From positions 62,001 to 126,000 of the forward strand of contig NW_022985694.1 of the NCBI RefSeq assembly GCF_902459465.1: DNA of 64,000 bases, written 5' to 3'. The position numbers were made by a program, and so were the translations under genes. The DNA comes from Asterias rubens (lineage: Eukaryota). The notes beneath the pieces are model-generated. The model was not told the DNA's origin, did no database searches, and saw only the letters and a list, made by a program, of their open reading frames with translations. Shown in pieces: positions 25,264-37,334 of this stretch; the stretch's first letter is position 1; each line of letters opens with the position of its first letter.

Positions 25264-26880
25264 TCAGATGTCGGTGGTATACTGCGACACATAGTCAAGA
25301 TGTCGGATCTCTCTGGGGGAATACCTATCCGAACTTGCAGCAAGTGCGTGGGTCAATGGCTTATGATCAGTCCAGATGGAAAAAGGACGAATAGCAAGGT
25401 AAACTGCGAGCAGTTCGCGGCCAAAAGTACTATATTTGGTCTCCGCTGATTGTAAACGTCGGGAAAAGAATGCAATGGGATTCCAGTGACCATCAACATT
25501 CTGTTGGAGGACTCCGCCCACGGCGAAATCAGAGGCGTCGACCATCAAGCATAACTCAACATCAGAACGAGGGTGAGACAAACGAGTTGCGTTGACCAGA
25601 GCTAACTTGACTGAATCAAAAGCGGCACGTGCTGTGTCCGGTAGGGCGAGGACTTTCTGAGGTTTTCCAGCAAGTTGGTCAGTAAGGGGTTGGGCTAAAG
25701 TAGCACAATGGGGTATGAAGCGACGGTAGAAGTTGACCAATCCTAAGAACTCGCGCAATTGCTTCGTCGAACCAGGAACTGGGAACTGTTGGATTGCGTG
25801 TACTTTCGTGTCAAGCGGTCGATACTATTATATCACATAAAAACCAACGTGTCCGTAAACGGGGCAAACTAACCGAAGGGAGGAATTTTACATGTGCCCA
25901 AAAGCAACCAGCGAAATATTAACGTCAAAAGGAGTATATTTGGTCTCCGCTGGTTGTAAACGTCGGGAAAAGAACGCAATGGGATTCCAGTGACCATCAA
26001 CATTCTGTTGGAGGACTCCGCCCACGGCGAAATCAGAGGCGTCGACCATCAAGCATAACTCAACATCAGAACGAGGGTGAGACAAACGAGTTGCGTTGAC
26101 CAGAGCTAACTTGACTGAATCAAAAGCGGCACGTGCTGTGTCCGGTAGGGCGAGGACTTTCTGAGGTTTTCCAGCAAGTTGGTCAGTAAGGGGTTGGGCT
26201 AAAGTAGCACAATGGGGTATGAAGCGACGGTAGAAGTTGACCAATCCTAAGAACTCGCGCAATTGCTTCGTCGAACCAGGAACTGGGAACTGTTGGATTG
26301 CGTGTACTTTCGTGTCAAGCGGTCGAATGCCATGTTGGTCAATGTTGTGCCCAAAAAATTGCAGAGACGGAACACCAAATTCGCACTTGGCCGGGTTCAC
26401 AACCACACCATACTGATCGAGGCGCTTGAAAAGTGTATGGAGATGCAGTTCATGCTCAGCTTCGCTGTGGCTCGCGATGAGTAAATCATCGATGTAGGCG
26501 AAAACAAAATCCAACCCACGTAAGATCTGATCGATGAACCGTTGAAACGTCCGGGCGGCGTTGCGCAAACCAAATGGCATCCTCAAGAATTCGAATAGAC
26601 CGAACGGCGTAATGATGGCAGTCTTGGGAATGTCACATGGTTCAACCGTTATTTGATGGTATGCTCGAATTAAATCCACTTTGGAAAAGATGGTGCATCC
26701 ATGTAAAGATGAGGTGATGTCATGTACGTGCGGGATTGGGTAGCGGTCGGGAGTTGAAGCATTGTTAAGTGCACGATAATTCCCACAGGGTCTCCAGTCA
26801 CCCTGTGTGCCTTTGGGTACCATATGTAGAGGCGACACCCAACTGCTATTGGACGGACGAATGATGCCCAATTGCAGCAT
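25264..26880 (-). pseudogene. RT and RNaseH with a duplicated connection/RNaseH segment
   Basis: [20 protein letters not shown]; [10 protein letters not shown] occurs twice; TDHKPL. Confidence 0.92.
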
Positions 26881-26890
26881 GTGGTCGAAT

Positions 26891-28389
26891 TCAGCCTTGG
26901 CGCCCTTTAAGCTTGTCTGCAGCTAGACGTCTTGGCCTGGCTGAAACAGGTGGGCCTTTGGTTGTGACGTGATGAGTGACATCATGTTTCGGTGAGGTGT
27001 CTTTGAAGCAAGGTTTGGTGATGGCGGGATATTGGGTTAAAACGGTGGCGAAACGAGTTGTCGAGGATGGGCCAGAAAACACCGGGCTGAGGGTACAAGT
27101 TTTCGACTGAATGCCTTGAATGCTGAGACTAGTTGTTGAATCGAGCAGCTTATTATTCTGCATATCCACCAGTAACCCAAAATGACGTAGAAAGTCTGCA
27201 CCTAGAATGGCCAAGGGCACATCAGCAACTGTGAAGATCCATCGATATGTATGCCGCAAACCTAAATCAATGCTAAGTGATCGCTCCCCATAAGTCAAAA
27301 TCTGCGTCTTGTTGACGGCCGCCAATATGAAATCAGTGCGTCGGCACTGCCTGTCCCGTGGTGTTGAAGGCAAAATACTGACCTCGGCACCGGTATCCAG
27401 CAAAAACTTCGAACCAGTGGTTTTGTCAAAAACATAAAAGTGGCTACATGGAGTGGGTGTGCCAGCGGAAGTAGTCGCGTCTATTCGCCGGCATTGGCGT
27501 TTCCCTGGGTCGGAGGTGAAGTGTTTGCGGGTGTAGGTGCATCCGTCTTTGCAATTTCGGGCCTTGTCTCCGTACTTCCAATGGTACCAACAGAAATCGG
27601 TGTTGTTATCACCCGACGTGGAAAGGGCTTCGATGACGGCGATGCTGGCTGCTGTCGCGACTTTGGCTCCGGCTGTCGCGATAGTGATTTTGGCGAACCA
27701 ACATTTCCATCTGTGTTGTGAGCTTTTCAACCTGTGCTTGCAATCGCTGTAAATCGGACGCGACAGGTGACTTTACGGCAGCCACAAGTGACGGTGCGGG
27801 TGCTGGGACCATGGCACAGGCTTGGATGGATGGTGCGGGTGGCGCAACTTCAACGATTTTATCCGCGAGTTTGGCTAGTTGAGTGATATCCACGTCACAG
27901 GAGGTCGATGCGAGGATCAGTTGAACATTGGTGGGCAGTCGTTGCATAAACAATTGCTTCAAAATGGATGGCTCTAAGGTGCGAGCGCCGAGCAGTTGCT
28001 CCATCTTGCAAAGCAGTTGCGATGGTTTCTTATCACCTAGCTCTTCGGTGGTAAGGAGCTTCTGGAGGCGTTTTTGTTCAGACTTGCTCGTGCGCTTGAT
28101 AAGCTCCTCCTTGAGCTTGGTGTAAGGGTGTGTAGCAGGGGGATTAATCAATAGGTCCATGACCTCCTGGGTTATTTGTGGTTGTAAAGACCCAACAACA
28201 TAGGAGTACTTGGTTATTTCTGTGGTGATGTTGCGGGTGAGGAATTGAGCCCCAACTTGGGCGAACCATATCACCGGGTCGTTTGGCCAGTACGGCGGCA
28301 GTTTGAGGGCTACGGCGGCAGCAACCGGTGCCGGTGGCACTACTGCAGCTACCGGATTGGACGTGGACGGAACCGGCTCAGTTTCCATC
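26891..28389 (-). pseudogene. gag: gag (with CWYH..C..C finger) and protease, frameshifted
   Basis: LKLPPYWPNDPVIWFAQV, LGDKKPSQLL, FCWYHWKYGDKARNC, FLLDTGAEVS. Confidence 0.9.
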
Positions 28390-28398
28390 TCGAAGGCT

Positions 28399-28408
28399 GG
28401 GTCACCAC
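28399..28408 (-). promoter_or_regulatory. Primer binding site (tRNA-Trp type)
   Basis: Minus strand GTGGTGACCC directly after the 5' LTR. Confidence 0.75.
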
Positions 28409-28958
28409 TTTGGGGATCAGTTTTGGGCATTCCCAATTCAATATATGTTTGAAAAGTTCAATAAACTCACCACAATACGGCAATATGGCGTGTCAAACGT
28501 TTCACCACTCGACAATGCACAACACATGTGCGACGTTCCCCACACACATGCGACAAGTGAAAGAAGTGAACTGGAACTCCGAAAGACAATTCTTGGTCGG
28601 CGTAGCGAAGTTATATAGTTGATGCGATAGAAATAGTGTTCACCCGGGGACAGACGACTGACGATGAATAATACTCAAAAAACAGTAAACAAATAAAACT
28701 CCAACGGCTCCTCTGTAAAGTAGAAAACTGGCTGTCAAAAACGGCGAGGACTAAAAACCAACGTGACCGTAAACGGGGCAAACTAACTGAAGGGAGGAAT
28801 TTTACATGTGCCCAAAAGCAACCAGCGAAATATTAACGTTAAACGATGCACAAGCCGTGCACCAACAGGAACACAAAACGGGCGTTGATTGGTGGAATGA
28901 AAACACGTGATTTCAATATTATTATATACATTAAATACAGGTACATGTAGTCACCACA
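28409..28958 (-). repeat. 5' LTR (550 bp) with a 447-bp internal deletion
   Basis: Equals the 3' LTR minus about 23277-23724; junction at ATAC microhomology. Confidence 0.88.
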
Positions 28959-29343
28959 ATACCATATGAAGAGATGAGGTATTGCAGCTCAAATACTACC
29001 TTTTACATGTTTTAGGTATCAGTATGAGAATCATAAGATGTAAGTATCACCTGTAGTAGTTAATACTATAACATAATTTTTGGAAATTATTATGTAATTA
29101 TAGTTCTTATTCATTGATCTTTCAGATTCAAGATGTTGATTCTATGCGCAAAGAAGTGGAGGTGCGGTTCTATAAGGTCACTTAGGGGATTTAAACATGG
29201 CCCAGAGTGCACGACATTGCTAAGGTACTACACCATAGCATCATGAACATTCTGGAACCACCAATGATCAATTCTAGGGGTCATCAAATCTACGACTTAA
29301 ATTTGGTTTTATTGTTATGAAAACCCTGCTGCCATAATTTCTG

Positions 29344-29605
29344 AACACGTTGCCTTGGATCAGTCGAGTTGGTCTTTGAAAAGCGTTTGAAACCGTTCGT
29401 TATGAAATGCATAATGTAAGAAAGATGTTTTAAAAGTAGAACACAATGATCCACACACACTTGCCTCGAAATTGCGTTGTTTTCCTTTTACTTTGCAAAC
29501 TAACATGGTCGGCCATTTATAAGAGTCGAGTTTGATTCCCATAAATGACCGACCGTCCCCACGCAATTTCGAGTATTTTTTACTTGTGTGGATCATTGTA
29601 TTGAA
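29344..29605. mobile_element. Truncated copy of the 13816-14189 Kolobok-type MITE
   Basis: GAACACGTTGCCTTGGATC..GAGTTGGTCTTTGAAAAGCG and GGTCGGCCATTTAT blocks. Confidence 0.8.
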
Positions 29606-30952
29606 CTGAAATTCAATTTGTACTAATATATAGTAAGATTATTGTACTATGGGGCACTGAGCACACCTTTGTCATAACTTTATCTACACAAACTGATAAG
29701 CCTTTCTTTAGATCAAAATTTGTGTGTGAAAAAGTACCTCTTTCTCAGTATTTAGATAAAATTAGGGTCATCAATTAAAACTACTAAATTACTATTAATA
29801 AAAAACAGGTCTTACCTGTTCAAATGTTGTACAATGATGTTGTCACTAGCCACCGATTGATCATAAAGACCAATTAATTTTTCCCACAAATTTATTAAAA
29901 ATGTTGGTGTCCATGTTACGTACCGTTTACCTGCAACACACCTCGCCTAAACATATATCAATTAAATCAGTGGAGTGTAACCATATTAGTATTAAACAGG
30001 TCCTTACTATTCAAATGTTTTAAAACAATGTCACTAGGAAGTAAAGGCCAATTTATTTTCCTAGCAAATTTATACAGTTTCAGTTTATCCTGCCTAAAAA
30101 TATTACAAATACTTTTTTTTCAAATACTGTTTTTCTAAACCATGTCTTCTTATATTTATGGGTTAGTGCAACAATGTAAGAAACATTTTGAATTTGTCAT
30201 GCCAAATTTTACAAGCGAATTTACAACGATAAGTGTAACCTTTTTCGTACATAACGGTGTCCACCTCAACACAACTCGTTTTTTGGGGGGTTTAAAAACA
30301 AAAAAATTATAATTCAATTGAACACCCAAGTTATATACAGAAAGTTCTCTGCGTGGCTTACTTTACATGCAGGTATTCATCTTCTTTTACAACGCCTTGC
30401 TCCAGTAGCTACTTTTTATGATTCTATGGACTGTGTTAATTGTCCCGACAGTGTAAACTATGTTAATATCTGTTGTCCATTGATTGGTCCATTTTGTAAC
30501 AGTAATGTGTCATGTATCATATCCCTGCACATCCGTTTAAGTGTGAAACGTCTTTAAAAACACATAGACGTGTTTATAATTGTTGATACTGATTAGAGCT
30601 AAACACTTGCACAATTTAAAACACGTCGGTGTGTTTAAAAAACGTTACATGTTTGTAAACACGTCAAAGTGATCAACAGTGTTATGTTTAAATAATAAAA
30701 ATGTTGTGGTTTACCAAAAAATAATAAGTATGTTTAAATGTTTAATTGTTAAACATACGTGTACGTGTTGTTATACGCAAACTTGCACACAGGAGAACAG
30801 GCAAGTTACTATACAAAATTGTACTTTAGTCTCTAACGTGGAGGTGACGTTATACCACCGTGTTACCAGTGCCAACAGTACGCCACAGACAGCAATAATA
30901 TGGCAGTAAACCTTTGACCAATAGCGTGTGCTCACCGGTTCAAAACGGCCTT

Positions 30953-31732
30953 GGGTCGATTTCACGAAGCTCTTCTTAACTTACGATGCATCATATGGTT
31001 TACGATGCATCGCGGCTCTGCGATGCATCGTAGCTCCGACGTACTGCATAAACGATTTCACGAAACGCGTCATACCGACGACGCATCGCAATGCATTGAA
31101 AATGCCCTTTATATAAAACAAAGTTTTATAACGAGGATGACCTTTTTGCACTACAACTGTTTTATGTCAAATACGCGTTGTAATAACGAAACAGCCGTTT
31201 AACAAGAGACGAAGAGAGGAGAAAGAAATGGCGCAGACGCGCAAAATGTGCACCACACTGCGTGAACGCCGCCATGTGTGCATGTTTTTTTGAGCAAAAG
31301 AATGGTGGCGCTAGACAGTTTGCTTTTACTGCTGAAGGGATTTTAATCACTGGCGTTTTGTCGAGTACTTTATGTAAGTTTACAGAAATAAATTAAAATG
31401 TGTTAATTTTTAAAATTTCATCGTCTGTTAATGTAATCAAGTGGGCATCTTCGGTCACGAAATAATCGTTCTCGGCGTAATGCCCACACGGCTTCTCTGT
31501 CTTGTCTAGAAGCAGCCTTAACCCCATTTTGAGACTAGAGCAACGCAAGTTAAGACGACCCTTTGGGTGGTCGTAAGTTACGATGCACCTTAGCTCGTTG
31601 TCAAGGAATTTGCGACGTCTAGAATGCATTGGAAGTTTCGTGAAATCGATGGGGAAGCACATCGTAAGTTTACGAGGCGTATACATTGTAACTTGAGCTA
31701 CGATGCCTCGTAGCGCTTCGTGAAATTGACCC
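30953..31732. mobile_element. Harbinger-type MITE
   Basis: TIRs GGGTCGATTTCACGAAGC / GCTTCGTGAAATTGACCC; ACGATGC subterminal repeats; CTT/CTG flanks. Confidence 0.7.
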
Positions 31733-33601
31733 CTGCAGCCACAATGTCGCCCACCACAGTTAGTTTTGTAACTACGGATACCCAAAGAGGCCATTCTTCA
31801 AAGTAAAATACTTAAAACAAATTTAACCATGGCTGGCACTTTTGATATGTCACACCATTAAAAATAATTTAAAATATTTTTGTGAATTTTTTTTTAGAGG
31901 GGTATACCGGTACATAATGTTTAATTTAAAAAGCATGCAAGCCATATTGAAAACAAAATCGCGGCAATTCGCTATTTTACCATTGCCAATTGAAAAGTTA
32001 CCATTGTAACCTTGTACGTAAGTAATTCGGGGAGTAAAAACCAACATACATTTCGTTCATATTAAATTGACAGGTTGATTTGTAGTTGTAAATTATCGGC
32101 GGCCATTTTGAAATCTACCACTCTTAGATTAGATTTTTACCACATTCATAGCTAAAGTAATAGAAGAAATATATCTGATATGGCAGCCATCTTTAAAATC
32201 CGAGATGACTACCATCTGCCAAAGTTTAGATGTTGCAAATTTTCTTAGGATCTTAAGAGGGGTTTCTGCTAGGTGGGACCTTTTAAACATTAAAATCCTA
32301 CGGAACTTAATTTCATACCATAAGCTCCCTGTGGCTGCGATTATCTTCCATCGTTAGCTGGAGTCGGGCTTGTCAGAGCTGACAACAATGAAAGCGGAAA
32401 AGGGAAAAAGGAAATAGGAAACATTACATATTATTATTAGAAAAAACCAATCCTATTTCCTGGTGTTTTAAACTTTCAGATATTTTACCGATAATACCTA
32501 ACAGGAGTAAGGGTAAAAAGGCCTTACATTTTTGTAACTTTTGATTTGTATGTAAATATGATACATTTTAGACAAAAATAAACCTAAAGGATCCATCCAT
32601 GCAAGATAAACTGTCACGCCACGGGCACCTTGTCCCACAGTTTAAAAGTAATAAGATGCTCGGGAAATATCAGAAACAGTGACTGACTTTTATTCAAACT
32701 TTTCAATTTTATTCAAGGAACTTCCCAACATTGATAAAATAAGTTAAATGGAGCCAGGCTATACTGAAAAGTTCAAGGCAGCCACATTGTTTCTGATTAA
32801 AGGTAGTGGACACTCTGAAATGTAGAAGTTTTCGAGAAAGAAATAATAACTGTCCATGATTTTGAGGTCTCTTGACCGATAGGAATGAATAAACTGTCTT
32901 ATAAGCGTCTTGTGCAAGCTCGGAAGTCACGCCCATGTTTAAACACTTTTGGCCATGTCTCTATCAGCCGTTTAAATACCCCATGTGACATACTGTCGAC
33001 CAATCAGAATAGATAAACTGTCTTAGGTATTTATGAATGCAACTTAATGAATTCCAAAAGTTAGGAAAGTTTTCACTGTTTAACAAGTCACAAACAGAAT
33101 TTTTTTAATGGAGTGCCCTCATTCATAGAGAGAAAGATAGCTGTACTTATTTTGTAAACTTTGCTTTTTCAAATAAACAACTCTACATGTACTCTATACA
33201 GTACTGTACATGTAAACATGAAGTACTTTGTTGAGACGTGACTAGTAAATATCTAACCTAAAATCTAGATCATGCGGCTGCATATGATGGGAAGATCTGT
33301 TTTTTTAGATCACACAATGCAATTGCATGTTGACTCTGAACCATGTTTTTTCATGCAGAGATGACAGCATGTCAATTTACAACTTGTTCTTACTGGTCAG
33401 ATTGTTCAGCCTTAGTAAAGTAAATCTGGTATTCAAATGCAGTATACATTGCCTCAATGAGGCCAATACATGTATGTACATTATTAATGAATCAGTTCTT
33501 TTCTTGGTTCATTTCTTGTCAAAGAAGCTACACCAGAGGTAAGCGATGTCAATGAAGTAGAATCTACACCTGATACCAGTTGTGAAACTTACAGCGACGT
33601 A

Positions 33602-34035
33602 GTGCCACGGTTTGCAGATGCATCATTTTGTACAACTCAGAATGCACGATCAGTTGTGACATGTATAGAATGCAGGAAGCCTAGAGTTCTGTATGCCAAG
33701 CAGAAACTGTCTCAAAGACACGCACTGACACTAGCAATTGCATTGAGCGAGGATGATCTATATACATGTAGATCCCCACTACTTGCACCAGACCATCCTC
33801 TTGTTGAGAAAGTGATGTTGAGGAAAAACCTGTCTTGTCTTTCACCTATAGAGTTGCCATATTATGGAGCATCTGACATTGGACGGAAAGATTTGTGTAC
33901 ACATTGTGGCAATGAAGGTGGTGAGATAGATAGCAATTTGAAAAAGCAATACAAAACAGTCTTGCCATTTATTAAGCATGCAATGTAAATCTACGGGCCA
34001 CCAAAGTGTTTACCTGCGACCCTATGGTAAAACAT
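33602..34035 (+). pseudogene. Cys-rich C-terminal region of a probable Zator-like transposase
   Basis: CIECRKPRVLY...YTC.SPL...LSCLSPIELPYY...LCTHCG...YKTVLP pattern; breaks by frameshift. A possible element end ...TTCGGCC|TTA lies at 35227. Confidence 0.45.
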
Positions 34036-35242
34036 AGTATAAAATTGTTTCAAGGTCTGTCATGTACATAAAAGTGTTCAGTAAAGTTGCATTTCTTGTA
34101 CACTAGATTGTTTCAGTGAAACATTTCATCTATGCCAGGTATTATTTTATATGTATTGGCTTTAGATATACAGTGTGCTTTAAAGTTATGATCAATGAAG
34201 AAAGCAGGATATTTTCTCTTTCTCCAAAGTTTTTATTGGTGTGAGCAGTTTCCCTTTAAAAGTTGCCCACTGTTTCTGTATTATTATTGTATTCAGAATT
34301 ACTAACTTGCATCAATCATATTGGGGGGGTGATTCTGAATTGTTTTTATAAATTGCCAATATTTTGAGAAACCCTGTTACATTTGTTGCTTAGGAAAGTC
34401 GGGGGCTGGGGCTTGGGAGGATGATCCTATGGGCTTCCTCCAAAAAGTGGGGGGGGGGATAAATTTTTGTTGTTTGTATTTTTTTTTTTTTATCTGTTCT
34501 GTTGCTTATTATATTACGTATTAAACGTGCAATCAATTATTTGTGTTGGCAATGCATGCCAAAGTTTCTCAAGGGACAAAAGCAAGGGCACAAACAATGC
34601 ATTGAGGGGTGTTAATTTAGGACAAATCTATACATGTTCATGGATGTATTGTGACCAACACATTAAAAGAAAAATATATGCATGATAGAAATATATTTAT
34701 TTCATATTTTAAAGTATCTGGTAGTAGTTGTGGTACAAATTAATTTTATATTGCCATTTATTGTCTTTTGTGTATTTATTAAGAATGCTGGACTCTGATG
34801 CTGCAAGGGATCTTGCATGGTGTTACCACAAACCTCACATCTTTCACGGATTATATTTATTTATTTACGTACATATTATAAAACAGCAATAAAAACATGT
34901 TGGTGTTATTTGTCTTTGAAAGAATGGTGACATGTTCTTGTGATTTTATTTGGACTCAAACCATCCACTTTCTACTGGTGTTAAGTCAGATACATGCATT
35001 GAATCAGTGAATAGACAGTGCTGATAGGTACTATTGACATACAATAACAAATTTGACATGGTCAGTCTTTAAATTAAGTGCGCAAAAAAAAAACATTTAG
35101 GAACATTAGCCTACCCTAATTTTCGGAGCCATAAAAACTTTAAGCAAAAAAAAAAAATATTACCCCCCTACCTACCCTATTCCCATCCACAGTGTAATAG
35201 AAAACACAACTATTATTTTGTTCGGCCTTACTATAAACGAAA

Positions 35243-35626
35243 TGAACCGTCAGTGCTTTTTGTCATTGTACGTAGGACGGCTCGGACGGATTAGGGCTTT
35301 GTTATTACTGATGAGGTGAACCGTCAGTGCTTTATGTCATTGTACGTAGGACGGCTCGGACGGATTAGGGCTTTGTTTCTATTAACTAAATGAACCGTCA
35401 GTGCTTTTTGTCATTGTACGTAGGACGGCTTGGACGGATTAGGGCTTTGTTATTACTAATGAGGTGAACCGTCAGTGCTTTTTGTCATTGTACGTAGGAC
35501 GGCTTGGACGGATTAGGGCGTTGTTATTACTAATGAGGTGAACCGTCACTGCTTTATGTCATTGTACGTAGGACGGCTCGGACGGATTAGGGCGTAGTTA
35601 TTACTAATGAGGTGAACCGTCAGTGC
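35243..35626. repeat. 74-bp tandem array (5 full units plus a partial)
   Basis: TGAACCGTCA at 35243, 35317, 35391, 35465, 35539 and 35613. Confidence 0.98.
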
Positions 35627-35735
35627 CTCTTGACAATTCCTAATATTACTTTTATTAGTGTGAGGTTTGGTTTTTGGAAATCTTGCAAGGCACTGCTTGG
35701 TTTGAACTGCTTTGTTTTAAAGATTTTCATGAAAT

Positions 35736-36657
35736 ATGGCACAAGAGCGAGCTGGCGTCAGAGTGAATCAAGATGAGAGACGACTCATATTTGCAGGCTA
35801 CCGAGCCCACGGAAATAACTGGGGTAGGGTGGTGGCCCACCTATTGCAGCATGCTGATCCCGAAGGCCCCATATATCAGATTTACATGCAACGGAACGCA
35901 AGTCAGCAAAGAAGAAGAGTCAGAGATGTAATTAACAGAGACATTGTACGGTATGGATTTCAGTGTTTAGGGTCGGGGGCGGGGACTGAAAAGGGTTAGG
36001 AAAGGTGTTGTATAATGTATATATACAACTATTAAAAGACTGCAAAATTAATTTCTTCATATCAATTTTCTCAGTATATAGGATTCACATTTGTTTTATA
36101 TCCTTTCTCCGTTCCAATGTAACATTTTCAGGCTCCAAGACCGAAGACTGAACGACATGCGATACGCTGCCAGGGGCAACCCTTTAGAGAGAGCAATGCG
36201 AAACCACCCAGCACCAGCTCCACAGCCCGACCACCCAGCACCAGCTCCACAGCCCGACCACCCAGCACCACCTCTCCAACCAAACCACCCAGCATCACCT
36301 CCACAGCCCGACCACCAAGCTCCACAGCCCCAACAGCCCGACCACCCAGCACCCCATCCCCAACCAAACCAACCGGAACCTCCTCAGCAACAGCCCGACC
36401 ACGCAGTACCTCCTCCGCAACCTAACCCCCAAGCACAACTGCCACCACCGCAACGACGAGACAGGAACTATATTCCCATTCCACGCGGCGAGCCTGGAAG
36501 GCTGCCTCTTCATGAAGTTGTGAGAAGGAGCCATGAGGCGTTCTATGAGTACGTCACCAACACCCTGCCTGAATTATCAAGAGAACTCCGGCAGAGTGTC
36601 AGACTGTTTAACCGTTACCTAGAAGACAACTTACACCCCCGTCCTGAAGAGCCATGA
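35736..36657 (+). CDS. Two-exon orphan gene (35736-35950 + 36132-36657, 246 aa): Myb/SANT-like N-terminus, Pro/Gln repeats, helical C-terminus
   Basis: ATG; a GT-AG phase-2 intron joins ..DIVR|LQDRR in frame; ERRLIFAGYRAHGNNWGRVVAHL resembles Myb helices 1-2; HPAPAPQPD-type repeats; AATAAA cluster from 36745; GC-richer than the flanks. Confidence 0.7.
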
Positions 36658-37334
36658 AAAAAGAGGACACGGAAAAGAAAAGAAGAAAGAAAGAAAGAAA
36701 AAGGGACAAAGAGTAGACCTTTGACAACTAAAGCTTATAAAGAAAATAAATTAAACAATAAAATAAAAATAAAACATCGTCTTGTACTTTTCTTTAACTG
36801 TCAGGGGTGTATCGTAATTCAATGCTCAATGTTTCATATTTATGTCCGTATGCATAAAAAAAAAAGTTACCACATAAAAACATGCCAATTGTTATGTAGC
36901 TCGCCCACCCCGACCCCCGATACTCCGACCCAGTGGCAAGGCCCTTGCAAACATGTACAACCATGGTCCTGTCGCATGCTTGCTGTGTCATTCTTTTTGA
37001 AATTCCTGCTGTACACTTGTTCAGTAAAATGATGGTTCAACGCCCACGCCCAACATGTTTTTGGATCAAATACCTTTTAAATTACCCGCGATTACACCTG
37101 TCTTTCGTTGTCACGTGGTTTTCCAATACCACACACATACACAGACTTTTCCTACAAGCGGAATTAGAATGAATAATGCATTATTGCTCATTCATTAGTA
37201 ACAGTGGACGTTGGAGACGGTTCGGTACTCCCACCTTGATTGGATGACACCGTGGTGGGCGGGATGTATTGTACGTCATGGCTTCTGATTGGATAGGATA
37301 CTGTGTACCGTATCCCACGTATGATAAACCGTGT

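Larger units (their letters stand above)
22757..28958 (-). mobile_element. CsRn1-like Gypsy LTR retrotransposon, degenerate
   Basis: 4-bp TSD ATAC (22753-22756, 28959-28962), two LTRs, PBS, PPT and gag-PR-RT-RH-IN order. Confidence 0.92.

Noticed and set aside
28390-28436. ORF-track start MGMPKTDPQSG for gag
   Set aside because: It lies in the LTR/PBS; the more plausible start is METEP at about 28389.
29127-29244. Exon-like IQDVDSMRKEVEVRFYK...TWPRVHDIAK, and a putative exon across the empty CsRn1 site
   Set aside because: It contains stops, and the splice phases of the two pieces do not match.
35243-35626. 74-bp array as a CRISPR array or hammerhead-ribozyme multimer (one unit contains CTGATGAG)
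   Set aside because: There are no unique spacers, only minor unit variation. CTGATGA occurs in one unit only and has no downstream GAAA core. The context is eukaryotic.
36880-37160. Cys/His-rich minus-strand text suggesting a PHD finger
   Set aside because: There are stops in all frames and the ligand spacing does not fit.
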